From contig MNWS01000079.1 in assembly GCA_001872685.1 (NCBI GenBank), positions 575 through 42,412 of the forward strand: a DNA stretch of 41,838 bases. The letters are read 5' to 3'. Shown here piece after piece: positions 8,372 through 17,459 of the stretch. The position numbers were made by a program, and so were the translations under genes. The notes below the pieces were generated by a model. It was not told where the DNA came from. It worked only from the letters and a program-made list of their open reading frames with translations, and searched no databases. Within the stretch, counting starts at the first letter, position 1, and each line of letters starts with the position of its first letter. Source of the DNA: Fidelibacterota bacterium CG1_02_48_14 (lineage in GTDB: Bacteria > Fidelibacterota > UBA8477).

Positions 8372-11300
8372 ATGACAAACCCGCCCGAGATCAGAACCCT
8401 TCAAATTCCGGGAGAGATGAACTCTCTGCTCACGAAATTAGCAGAAACCTTTCTCACAGTTAAGCCCTTCGCAGATGCCATTATCCAGGCAAATAATGCG
8501 CTTCAGCAAGCTCTGAAATTTGACTGGGCTGATCTCTTCCTGTTGGAGGGAAAAAGTCGCTATTATTCTCGGCCGGCCTGGTGGTCCTGTGTCGGTTTTG
8601 GTTCGGCAGTCCATAGCCAAATTCCATCAAAAATTTTAGTCCCGCTGCTGACCCAATTCCCACGGAACGAACTGACCATTATCACCAAGTCGAAAAATAT
8701 TAATGAGATACGACATTTATTGACTGAAACACTGGTTCATCCCGAGACAAAGACAATTATCATTTTTCACCTGCCACCGGATCGCCGTCCGGATGGATTC
8801 TTTTTATTCCAATACAAACGCGTGTTATCAGCCAAAGAACAAAAACAATTGGTGGAGTTGGTGGACTGTCTGACCATCTACCACGGTGCGATTGCCCAGG
8901 CAAATGGGATTAAGAAAACGGATAAAACGGACTACCATAAACAATATTTTGAACAAACCAGCGAGGCGATGTTCATTATAAAAGATTACACGGTAATCGA
9001 ATGCAATCAGAAGGCAGCCACTTTTTTAGGGCTGACGAAAGAGAGCGTAATCGGTCGAAAACCCTGGGAATTTATCCGGATCGACAGTCGTGATCCGAAG
9101 ACGATTAAGGCGGATATAACTGCCCTTCTGGATGCGACACTCTCTGGTATGGATCAGAATATTCCTTACAATTATCAGAACAATGACGGCACAACAAGCA
9201 ATCTGCAGATCCAATTGGTGCGAGTTGAGTCTGACGGCGAGTATTTTTTACATGCCAATTTCATTGATATTACCAGCCTGAAACTACAGCAGCGAGAGTT
9301 AAGTCAAAAAGCAACCTACCTGGAGTCCTTGCAGGAAATCAGTTCCAGATTACTTGCCGCGACTAGTCTGCAAACCGTTTATCGTGCTGTACGCGAAGTC
9401 ATTGGCGAGATTGTGCCCTTGATGGCGTTTTGGGTGACGATTTGGGATAAAAAAGAGGATGTCTTTAAAACCGTCTATTTATTCGAGTCCAATGCGGAAA
9501 TAGATGTTACTGAGGCGAGTCCGTTGGCACGAAACCCGGAAAGTCAGGGCCACGGGAAAGCCGCCGTTACAGGTGAACCGGTTCTGATCAACGATTTCCC
9601 CAAACACATGAAATCTGTTACATCGCGAATCAAAGTGGGTGAAGGGAAGATGGCCGGGACGGCATTTTATGTTCCTCTCAAAAATCAAGGTGAGGTATCA
9701 GGCGTGGCCGTTTTTCAGCATGTGCAGAAAAACGGATTTTCGAAGCGTGAAACCGAGATTATGGTGAGCGTCTGCACCCAGATGGCAACAGCCATTACCA
9801 ATCTAACACTCGTTGAGCAGGTTGCATCGAACGAGCAGCGTTACCGTTATCTGATCTCTCATATGAATGATGGTTTTTTGGTGGTGGGGAACGATAACGT
9901 GATCACTTTGACGAACGATCGCATGGCCCAGTTGGTTGGGTTACCCAAAGCCGAGAATTTAACCGGCCGTGTCCTTTACGATTTTGTTGATGAGACCAAC
10001 AAAAGAATTATCGAAGAGGCGACCAACCGGAGACGTCAGGGTCTGTCAGAAACCTATGAATTTTCCCTCAGGCATACCAGTGGCCGACCAGTCGTTGTTA
10101 GTGCCAGCGTTTCCCCACTCTATGATAAAGACCAGAATGTTATCGGCGCTTATGGACTTTTTCGAGACACCACCAAGCAACGCATGGACGAACGTCAGCA
10201 CGAACTTATCTACGAAATTTCCCGAGCGGCAAATTTGGTGGAATCCCTCAGTGAATTGTACCTCGAGATCTACCGGATTATTAACCGATTGATTGACGCG
10301 AAAAATTTTGTGCTGGCGCTGTATCAGCCTGATAAACATACCATCAGTTACCCCTTTTTCAAGGATGAGATGGACCCGTGGCCGGAAGGTGAATACCCGG
10401 TTCGTGGGTTGATTGGTTACGTCATTAACAACAACCGTCCGTTACTCATTAATCGCAAAGGTGTGCAGGCAATCTTTCGCGCTGAAGGTGTCGAACGCAT
10501 CGGCACGATTCCGTTCTACTGGATTGGTGTGCCGATGAATATCGAAAGTAAAGTCATCGGTGTTCTGGTCGTTCAAACCTACGATAAAAATGTCGTGTAC
10601 ACGGAACAGCATCGGGATGTATTGTCCATTATAGCCGGTGAGATTGCTCGTGTGATTGAGCGTCGTCGTGCACGCAGGGCAATCGAAGCATCAGACATTC
10701 GTTATCGTCAGATCGTCAACAATGCTTTTGAGCCGATCGTCATTCTGGCCACCGAAAACACAATCCGAATCTGGAATCAGGCTGCCGAGCGTGTTTTTGG
10801 ATACTCGGCGGAGGAGATGGAAGGCAGGAGTCTTTCGCTGATATTTGGTGACGATGGGCTTGCGCATATCGCATCCGTCCAGAAAAAAATCCAATCTGGC
10901 GAAGTGAATCAGGGCGGTGAATTTATTGAATTAATCGGTACCAATCATGCAGGCGGCGTGGTTGAAATCGCACTGTCAATCACCAGCTTAGTTACCGAGC
11001 AGGGATTCCAGACGACATTGGTGATGCGGGATATTACGCTCCAGAAACAGGCAGACCGTGAGCTGAAAGAGGCACATTCCATGAAGGAAATGATGCTGGA
11101 CATTATCAGTCACGACCTTAAAAATCCGGCTGCGACCATCAGCGGAATGGCGGGTTTATTGGCGAAAGAGATGCCGGATGAGGAACCCATTCAGGTCATT
11201 CGAATGGCCAGCGACAGTCTGCTGGATGTCATTTCCAGCGCAAGTTCATTGGCACAGTTAATGACCGAAGGGAAAATTGACACCCAACCCATCGAAATTA

Positions 11301-11740
11301 CAGAAATTATCGACAGTGTTGCGGCGAGTTTTGCCGTGCCAATTCGTTCAGCGAAAATGACACTGGAAAAGCATTTCAACGGACCTTTGGTTGTGGAAGC
11401 GAATCCCATTATTTCTGAGGTGTTCAATAATTACATCAGCAACGCGATAAAATATGCTGCCGCCGGTGAAAAAATTGTCATCGCTACCGAGCAGAATGAG
11501 GACCACGTCACGATCCTGGTTAAGGATTTTGGAACAACGTTGCCAGCATCCGAATACCAACGCGTTTTTGAGCGCCATGTACAGCTCGAAACTGGAAAAA
11601 GGCGCGGCCGCGGTCTGGGTCTGGCGATTGTCAAGCGCATTGCAGAAGCTCACAAAGCAGAAATCGGTGTCCGGGCGAATCACCCCCAGGGTAATATTTT
11701 CTACATCACCCTGCCACTGGCAGATCAGGCTTATTCTTAG
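8372..11740 (+). CDS. Large soluble sensor histidine kinase with alternating PAS and GAF modules, HisKA and HATPase_c
   Basis: H-box SHDLKNP and G-box GRGLGLAIVKRIAE are present. Several PAS-like segments are present (for example the region around GRKPWEF). I see no hydrophobic TM segment and no receiver domain. Confidence 0.9.
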   Translation: MTNPPEIRTLQIPGEMNSLLTKLAETFLTVKPFADAIIQANNALQQALKFDWADLFLLEGKSRYYSRPAWWSCVGFGSAVHSQIPSKILVPLLTQFPRNELTIITKSKNINEIRHLLTETLVHPETKTIIIFHLPPDRRPDGFFLFQYKRVLSAKEQKQLVELVDCLTIYHGAIAQANGIKKTDKTDYHKQYFEQTSEAMFIIKDYTVIECNQKAATFLGLTKESVIGRKPWEFIRIDSRDPKTIKADITALLDATLSGMDQNIPYNYQNNDGTTSNLQIQLVRVESDGEYFLHANFIDITSLKLQQRELSQKATYLESLQEISSRLLAATSLQTVYRAVREVIGEIVPLMAFWVTIWDKKEDVFKTVYLFESNAEIDVTEASPLARNPESQGHGKAAVTGEPVLINDFPKHMKSVTSRIKVGEGKMAGTAFYVPLKNQGEVSGVAVFQHVQKNGFSKRETEIMVSVCTQMATAITNLTLVEQVASNEQRYRYLISHMNDGFLVVGNDNVITLTNDRMAQLVGLPKAENLTGRVLYDFVDETNKRIIEEATNRRRQGLSETYEFSLRHTSGRPVVVSASVSPLYDKDQNVIGAYGLFRDTTKQRMDERQHELIYEISRAANLVESLSELYLEIYRIINRLIDAKNFVLALYQPDKHTISYPFFKDEMDPWPEGEYPVRGLIGYVINNNRPLLINRKGVQAIFRAEGVERIGTIPFYWIGVPMNIESKVIGVLVVQTYDKNVVYTEQHRDVLSIIAGEIARVIERRRARRAIEASDIRYRQIVNNAFEPIVILATENTIRIWNQAAERVFGYSAEEMEGRSLSLIFGDDGLAHIASVQKKIQSGEVNQGGEFIELIGTNHAGGVVEIALSITSLVTEQGFQTTLVMRDITLQKQADRELKEAHSMKEMMLDIISHDLKNPAATISGMAGLLAKEMPDEEPIQVIRMASDSLLDVISSASSLAQLMTEGKIDTQPIEITEIIDSVAASFAVPIRSAKMTLEKHFNGPLVVEANPIISEVFNNYISNAIKYAAAGEKIVIATEQNEDHVTILVKDFGTTLPASEYQRVFERHVQLETGKRRGRGLGLAIVKRIAEAHKAEIGVRANHPQGNIFYITLPLADQAYS

Positions 11741-11747
11741 CCATATT

Positions 11748-11771
11748 CACAATCACAATCACAATCACAAT
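11748..11771. repeat. Hexanucleotide microsatellite (CACAAT)x4
   Basis: Four perfect tandem copies, starting 8 nt after the kinase stop and about 100 nt upstream of the next gene's ATG. Confidence 0.95.
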
Positions 11772-11874
11772 TTTAATCGCTTCAATTGATTCGTTCATTT
11801 TTCGTCCAATCATCATCGCAAGCATCCCATCACCACTGACGTATTAAGATCCCGGTACTGGAGAACTATCGCTT

Positions 11875-13089
11875 ATGTCAGAAATAAATTCCGGAGTGAG
11901 AACATCACGTTGGGCCAGGAGAATCTCTATGTCACTGTTTATCATCATTGCACTGCTCATTTATTCCAGTATCAATGTCTATATTCTCTGGCACATCCGT
12001 AGCACGCTTTTGCATCTACATTGGCCCGGACAACCATTCGCCTGGATCATCGTTTTCCTCATGTTAGCCTATCCGTTGGGTCGAATCGTTGAATCATTTT
12101 ACAAATGTCCACCCTCTTCGATATTGATTTATCTCGGCGCTTATTATCTGGGCTTCATGATCTTGCTGTTCACCGGCTACCTGATTGGCGATTTGTTTCG
12201 ACTTATCTCGTTCGCTTTGCCAAAGTCAATTTTTCAAAATGTCTGGGGCACTGCATTCGGGAATTACTGGCGGGTAGCGGTGTTTATCCTGGCATTTATG
12301 GGTGTTATCATGGGTCACTTTAACGCCAGGGTTTTGAGAATACGATCCTATGATCTGACGATCAATAAAGCGCTTAAGTCCGTGGAAAGTCTGAATGTTG
12401 TCATGGCTTCTGACATCCACCTGGGTACGATTATTAACACCAATCGTCTTCAGAAAATTGTGGACACCATCAATTCACTCAAGCCGGATATTGTATTGCT
12501 GGTGGGGGATGTGGTTGATGAGGACGTTGATAAACTGATCGAACACGATATGAGCCCGGTACTGGCGCAAATCAAAACAACCCGGGGAATGTTTGCGGTG
12601 ACCGGCAACCATGAGTACATCAGTGGGAATCCGCAAACGGCGGTAAAATATCTGGAAGAGGCCGGTGTAAAAATGTTGCAGGACGAGATTGCACTGATTG
12701 ATGATCAGTTGTACATCGTAGGCCGTGTGGACCGGTCTGCGCTTCAGTTTACCGGTGTAAAACGACTCAGGCTGACAGACTTGATTTCCCCGCTGGATTC
12801 ATCAAAACCCATCATCCTGATGGATCACCAGCCCTTTAATTTGAGTGAGGCAATGGAAAACGGCGTGGATTTGCAAGTCTCCGGCCATACGCATCACGGC
12901 CAAATCTGGCCATTGAATTACATCACGGAAAAAATTTATGAGCGTAGTTGGGGCTATTTACGCAAGGGCGATACCCAGTACTATGTCTCCAGTGGTGCCG
13001 GGACTTGGGGACCACCCATTCGACTGGGGAACGTGCCTGAAATTGTGCAGTTGACCCTGCATTTTTCCCAACTCCGTAGCAATGAATAG
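11875..13089 (+). CDS. Membrane-anchored calcineurin-like metallophosphoesterase (YkuE/YaeI-like)
   Basis: Four N-terminal hydrophobic helices are followed by the motifs SDIHLG, GDVVDE, GNHE and GHTHHGQ. Confidence 0.85.
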   Translation: MSEINSGVRTSRWARRISMSLFIIIALLIYSSINVYILWHIRSTLLHLHWPGQPFAWIIVFLMLAYPLGRIVESFYKCPPSSILIYLGAYYLGFMILLFTGYLIGDLFRLISFALPKSIFQNVWGTAFGNYWRVAVFILAFMGVIMGHFNARVLRIRSYDLTINKALKSVESLNVVMASDIHLGTIINTNRLQKIVDTINSLKPDIVLLVGDVVDEDVDKLIEHDMSPVLAQIKTTRGMFAVTGNHEYISGNPQTAVKYLEEAGVKMLQDEIALIDDQLYIVGRVDRSALQFTGVKRLRLTDLISPLDSSKPIILMDHQPFNLSEAMENGVDLQVSGHTHHGQIWPLNYITEKIYERSWGYLRKGDTQYYVSSGAGTWGPPIRLGNVPEIVQLTLHFSQLRSNE

Positions 13090-13106
13090 CTAATTCGATC
13101 CCCCCA

Positions 13107-14330
13107 TTACCGGATCAGTTTACGAAATCCCAGAAAACGGCTGGCGTTGTCTGACAAAAATTCTTTGGATGGCCATTTTTCACCGTTCAGAAAGGATTTG
13201 ATCTTACCCACCCGAATGAGGTTTTCGCTCTTGGTATAATGCTCGTTGTTCGATAGTTCCGGTCCTTTGTTCAGCCGATCCAAAAACCCGAGAACCGCTT
13301 GCGGATTGTATGCCGCACGGGCGGCGTAGCGCAAGCCCATTTGGTCAGCCTCGGTTTCGTAGCCTTTCAGCCGGCCACTGAAAATCGTTTCGTAACTTTC
13401 CAGTGCCATGTCGTCGAGGTCCTGCGAAACGGCAGCAATACCCGGATCAGCAGTTGCATCCATATCCATGAACACATTATCCGCCGTAATCATCTCTTTG
13501 CGCTCTTCAATCTCTTTCATGCCGTGTTTTTTGGTCACATGTGCGATTTCGTGTCCCAGAAAACAAGCCAGTTCAGCCTCAGATTCCATTCTCTCCAGAG
13601 CGCCCCTCGTGACAAAAATAATGCCGCCGGGACAGGCATAAGCATTCACGGTTTCCAGGTCCAGTATGAAAAATTTGAAGCTCACGTCATAAGCATCGCT
13701 GGCAGCGACGACGAGCTGGCCCACATCATTGACGTAATCCTGAACCCGTTTATTGCGATACAGTCCCTGACTGGCGATTTTTGCAGCAATAGCCTGACCC
13801 ATGCCCTCCTCGGAGAAGGAGAATTGTGGTGCTTTTTTCAGTTTAGGGAGTTTGATTTTGCGCTGAATCTTCCGGAGATTGACCTCCTGATAGGTCGTAT
13901 TTTTGAAAGTATTGAATTCACGAGCATTCAGGTTGTATTGATACAGCTCGGTCAGGAAAACAGGATCACCCTTCAGACGTTTTGCGAATTTTTCGGCGAA
14001 ACCTTTCACCGCCGCCGAGACACCGGACTGAGCAACCTGGGTCATAGCCGCTTGTTGCCCCATCTGGGCAAAAATGTCCTGGGTCGGTGCAACACCTTCC
14101 ACCACGCGCTGGGAGACATAGCCGTCAAGATTACCCGTTTTGACTTTCAGCCAGCCATCTTCCGTTGCCTCCAATATTTCCAGCGATGCGCCCTCATTCA
14201 GTTCAGCAATAACCTGAAACCAGGCACCGGGTCCTTCCCGTAGTTGCGCGCGTTTGCGTTTAATCGTGTCAGTCTGCGCTGCCAGCACAAACAAGGCGAT
14301 CAAAGCGAGGGTGATGGATCTTTTAACCAT
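13107..14330 (-). CDS. Secreted M48-family zinc metallopeptidase with an N-terminal SH3b-like domain
   Basis: Signal peptide MVKRSITLALIALFVLAA. An SH3-like segment (LREGPGAWFQVIAELNEGASLEILE..WLKV). The HEIAHV zinc motif. GGAG RBS. Confidence 0.8.
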   Translation of the reverse strand: MVKRSITLALIALFVLAAQTDTIKRKRAQLREGPGAWFQVIAELNEGASLEILEATEDGWLKVKTGNLDGYVSQRVVEGVAPTQDIFAQMGQQAAMTQVAQSGVSAAVKGFAEKFAKRLKGDPVFLTELYQYNLNAREFNTFKNTTYQEVNLRKIQRKIKLPKLKKAPQFSFSEEGMGQAIAAKIASQGLYRNKRVQDYVNDVGQLVVAASDAYDVSFKFFILDLETVNAYACPGGIIFVTRGALERMESEAELACFLGHEIAHVTKKHGMKEIEERKEMITADNVFMDMDATADPGIAAVSQDLDDMALESYETIFSGRLKGYETEADQMGLRYAARAAYNPQAVLGFLDRLNKGPELSNNEHYTKSENLIRVGKIKSFLNGEKWPSKEFLSDNASRFLGFRKLIR

Positions 14331-14401
14331 AATTTTCTCCTGTCCCTGGGATAGTCGAATTGACTCAGGTGGTCATTTTGTTTTTTTCTAATTCAAGGTT
14401 G

Positions 14402-16681
14402 TCATTTGGAGCTTAATGCCCAAATGCCGTCCCAATTTTTTCCGGGTGGATGAGCCCGCCAATAGGGAATTCGTTCCTCCAGATAGACGCGACTGGGATT
14501 GGTGGGACGCCCCTCAAATTGGCGCTCAAATGCCAATGTTTGTTCAAAAATCTTTATGGCGATGGTCCAGGTTTGGTTTTTAACTGCTGCCAGTCCTTGC
14601 GGCCATAACGCCAAAAGTTCGCGGTCGGCATCACTTAAGTCTTTGGTGTAGTCCAGAATTTCGAAGGTGGTGAGCGCTTCTTTTTTACCAAAAACCCGGG
14701 TCGTGCCCAGTTCTCGCATGGCAAATTCTTCACCCAACAGAGCAGCAGTGTGATGACTGATCTGGGTGTAGACGCCATAAGCTTTGGCGGATGATTCCAG
14801 CCGGGCGGCGGTATTGACGGTGTCACCCATCATGGTGTAATTCATACGGGTCTTGCTACCCATATTGCCAGTAACCATTTCCCCGGAACTCAACCCGATT
14901 CGCATCCGCATTTGCGAGACAACATCCGGCCAGCGACCCTTTTCCTGACGCCATTTTTCCCGCAGCTCACTCAGTCCTTTTTGCATCCGCACGGCTGTTC
15001 GGGCGGCACGCACTGCATGATCGGGTAATCGAACCGGAGCGCCAAAAAATGCAATAATGGCGTCGCCTTCATATTTGTCCAGAGTCCCACCTTCACTTAA
15101 AAGTATGTCGGTCATTTTTGTGAGATATTCATTCAATAACGCCACCAAATCCTGTGCGGAGACCAGTTCTGAAAATGACGAGAAGCGTTGAATATCCGTG
15201 AACAATGGAGTCCCGTTAATAGTCTCACCGCCTAGCTGTGGCTCCTCGTGATTTTGGTACATCACATTAATCAGCTCAGGCGATATATAGGTTCCGAATG
15301 CTTTTTTCAGAAAAAGCTTATCCTTTTGTTCATTGAAAAAAATGAAGGCGTATGCGAAAATGAATCCTGTCACGGGCATGGTGACATTCACCAAAATGCG
15401 TTCAGCCCACCATAGATAGGCTGCCAGTGCAATGATATAAACCAGCACGAAAAACAGACCGGGATAACTCAATTTTGGTGGCAAGCGACTGAATGCCCAA
15501 TAAGCCAGCAGCGTCACCAGGATCGTATTCATCACGTTGAGATAATCCGGGACAATCGTGATGAAATCGTTGTTCCGTAAATTACTTAGCAGCGTTGCCC
15601 AGATTTCCATTCCAGGGTAATCACCCAGCGATGAAAATGGCGTCGGTTTAAGGTCCTTCAGGCCGGAGGCTTCCGCGCCCACAATGACTGTTTTGCCTTT
15701 GAAGTATCCGGGCGGAAGACTTGCAACGCCACCATATCGCAGGGCTGATGCGCTCTGAATGACGGAACTGAAAGTGATGTATTTGAACACACCCTTCGAG
15801 CCACCGGGGCCATACCAATTCAACAGATAACGACCCTCCGGGTCAATGGGAATTGCCCGGACTCCGACTTGCAATGAGCCATTGACAGTCTTGACGACTG
15901 CGCCGGGTTGTTCGCTCAACCAACCACTCAGAGCGAGAATCGGCAGGTAATTTTGACCGAGTTTATAGGCCAGTGGCACCCGGCGGAATATACCATCAGG
16001 ATCAGTCATGATATTGGTAATGCCTAACCCGCGAATTTTGTGTCGCAGGGTATCAATGGGGGCTTTGATGCTTCTGAAGCGCGGAAAATCCGGAATCCAG
16101 CCCGATTTTAATTTTAAACCAAATTTCGCCATGTCAGGTGGTACGATCCGGTAGCGCGTCTCACTGAATTGAGCATTCACCGTGGCCGTATCAAGCGTCA
16201 GTTCCGCACCCAAAATGACCCGGCCGTTCGCTTGTATCGCCTGTGCAAAACTACCATCAGTTTGTTCGGCGTCTGATTCTGCGAAATCACCATCCGGCTG
16301 GTAAAAGAGCATATCAAACAGGATCGGACCCGCGCCATCTTCTTTAAAATAATTGGTAATGAGAGCATAGAACGAACGCGGCCAGGGATAACTCTGACCA
16401 TTTGCCGCGAAATAATCGAGGCTATTATTATCAATGGCAACCATGATAATCGAGGTGTCAGCGCGCTCCGGAATTTGGAAGCCGGTGAAGCGCATATCCA
16501 GAGTTTTGGCTTCGACAGACTGAATGAATTGAAACTGATTCACCCAGTAGGCAGCGAATCCGGCGATCAGACTAAAAATGATTCCGATGTACCAGGCTTT
16601 AAAGTTTACAGACCCTCGCCGTCGGAACAAATTTCGCCATAATCGTTTTTTTTGGGCGGGTCCATCACCAGTTGCTGGCAT
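14402..16681 (-). CDS. CHASE2-domain sensor fused to a class III adenylate/guanylate cyclase
   Basis: One N-terminal TM helix, a periplasmic region of about 330 aa, three TM helices, then cyclase motifs FTDIQRFSS, YEGDAIIAFFGAP and GDTVNTAARLES. Confidence 0.85.
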   Translation of the reverse strand: MPATGDGPAQKKRLWRNLFRRRGSVNFKAWYIGIIFSLIAGFAAYWVNQFQFIQSVEAKTLDMRFTGFQIPERADTSIIMVAIDNNSLDYFAANGQSYPWPRSFYALITNYFKEDGAGPILFDMLFYQPDGDFAESDAEQTDGSFAQAIQANGRVILGAELTLDTATVNAQFSETRYRIVPPDMAKFGLKLKSGWIPDFPRFRSIKAPIDTLRHKIRGLGITNIMTDPDGIFRRVPLAYKLGQNYLPILALSGWLSEQPGAVVKTVNGSLQVGVRAIPIDPEGRYLLNWYGPGGSKGVFKYITFSSVIQSASALRYGGVASLPPGYFKGKTVIVGAEASGLKDLKPTPFSSLGDYPGMEIWATLLSNLRNNDFITIVPDYLNVMNTILVTLLAYWAFSRLPPKLSYPGLFFVLVYIIALAAYLWWAERILVNVTMPVTGFIFAYAFIFFNEQKDKLFLKKAFGTYISPELINVMYQNHEEPQLGGETINGTPLFTDIQRFSSFSELVSAQDLVALLNEYLTKMTDILLSEGGTLDKYEGDAIIAFFGAPVRLPDHAVRAARTAVRMQKGLSELREKWRQEKGRWPDVVSQMRMRIGLSSGEMVTGNMGSKTRMNYTMMGDTVNTAARLESSAKAYGVYTQISHHTAALLGEEFAMRELGTTRVFGKKEALTTFEILDYTKDLSDADRELLALWPQGLAAVKNQTWTIAIKIFEQTLAFERQFEGRPTNPSRVYLEERIPYWRAHPPGKNWDGIWALSSK

Positions 16682-16823
16682 CGTTTGGATAATCCTTAAT
16701 CATGCTTCGGTTTGGGGTAAAAATTAATCCAAGTTACCAACCCCTACAAGGTGACAAATTATTCAGTGAGATGCGACATAACCGTAAGTATTTCTAGGAG
16801 TCAGAATACATCATTCTAATTTA

Positions 16824-16839
16824 TCGACCGTATGGTCGA
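16824..16839. promoter_or_regulatory. Candidate TetR operator: inverted repeat TCGACC-GTAT-GGTCGA overlapping the tetR start codon
   Basis: Perfect 6-bp arms with a 4-nt spacer. The ATG at 16832 lies inside it. A second small inverted repeat, AGAAT-ACATC-ATTCT, is at 16803-16817. Confidence 0.35.
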
Positions 16840-17455
16840 GAATAAACTCAATAGTCGAATCCAAGTCCTGACCCGCCAGGCAGAGGAAAAAGCTCAACGC
16901 CGGCAACTCATTCTGGATGCTGCACTCATCGTTTTCGCAGCAAAAGGCTATGCTGAGACCAGTATGGCCGATATTGCCCAGTCAGCCCGCTTGGGGAAGG
17001 CGACCCTTTATTACTACTTCCCAACAAAAGAGGCGATTTACGAGGCGATTTATGTTGCTGGGACGGAAGCCTATTATTCCGAAATGATACCCGTGCTGGA
17101 AATTGAAGAACCCGCCAATATTATCAAAACCATGCTCACCTTCTACGTGGTGTACATGAATGAGCATCGCGAATTCTTTAACATATTTTTCCCGCTGGGT
17201 CGCAGCGCGCCGCTTCAGATTGTAGAATCAGTGGCGGTTCGGGAATTACTGACGTGGCATCGTCAACGCCTTGATAGGATTCTCCAGAGCAAGTTGCTTG
17301 TGAATAATAGTGATCAACTGGAACACTTGCTGCAAGTCTTATGGACTTTCTTAACAGGCTTGAACAGCAAATTGTTGCGGCAGGTCCCCATTCAGAATCT
17401 CATGGATGAAATTGAAACCATTAACAGCTTTATGCTCCAATTCTTACAGGAGTGA
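16832..17455 (+). CDS. TetR/AcrR-family transcriptional regulator
   Basis: N-terminal HTH region FAAKGYAETSMADIAQSARLGKATLYYYFPTKEAIY, about 200 aa in total. The stop is 4 nt before the transporter start. Confidence 0.9.
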   Translation: MVENKLNSRIQVLTRQAEEKAQRRQLILDAALIVFAAKGYAETSMADIAQSARLGKATLYYYFPTKEAIYEAIYVAGTEAYYSEMIPVLEIEEPANIIKTMLTFYVVYMNEHREFFNIFFPLGRSAPLQIVESVAVRELLTWHRQRLDRILQSKLLVNNSDQLEHLLQVLWTFLTGLNSKLLRQVPIQNLMDEIETINSFMLQFLQE

Positions 17456-17459
17456 GGAA

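Noticed and set aside
8334-8375. A 13-codon upstream ORF (MKRVVKMTVVTGK) whose stop overlaps the kinase ATG
   Set aside because: It is very short, has only a weak GAGAG upstream, and its conservation cannot be tested here. I mention it under the kinase finding but do not call it a gene.
8196-8378. A 60-aa minus-strand ORF in the pit-kinase intergenic region
   Set aside because: It has no RBS and no motif, it sits at the length cut-off, and it lies where the kinase promoter is expected.
13299-14243. A 314-aa ORF on the plus strand, the longest unexplained ORF in the track
   Set aside because: It lies entirely antisense to the well-supported SH3b-M48 peptidase gene (signal peptide, HEIAHV). 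It has no recognisable motif or RBS, and its composition is what a mirror frame would give. I treat it as a shadow ORF.
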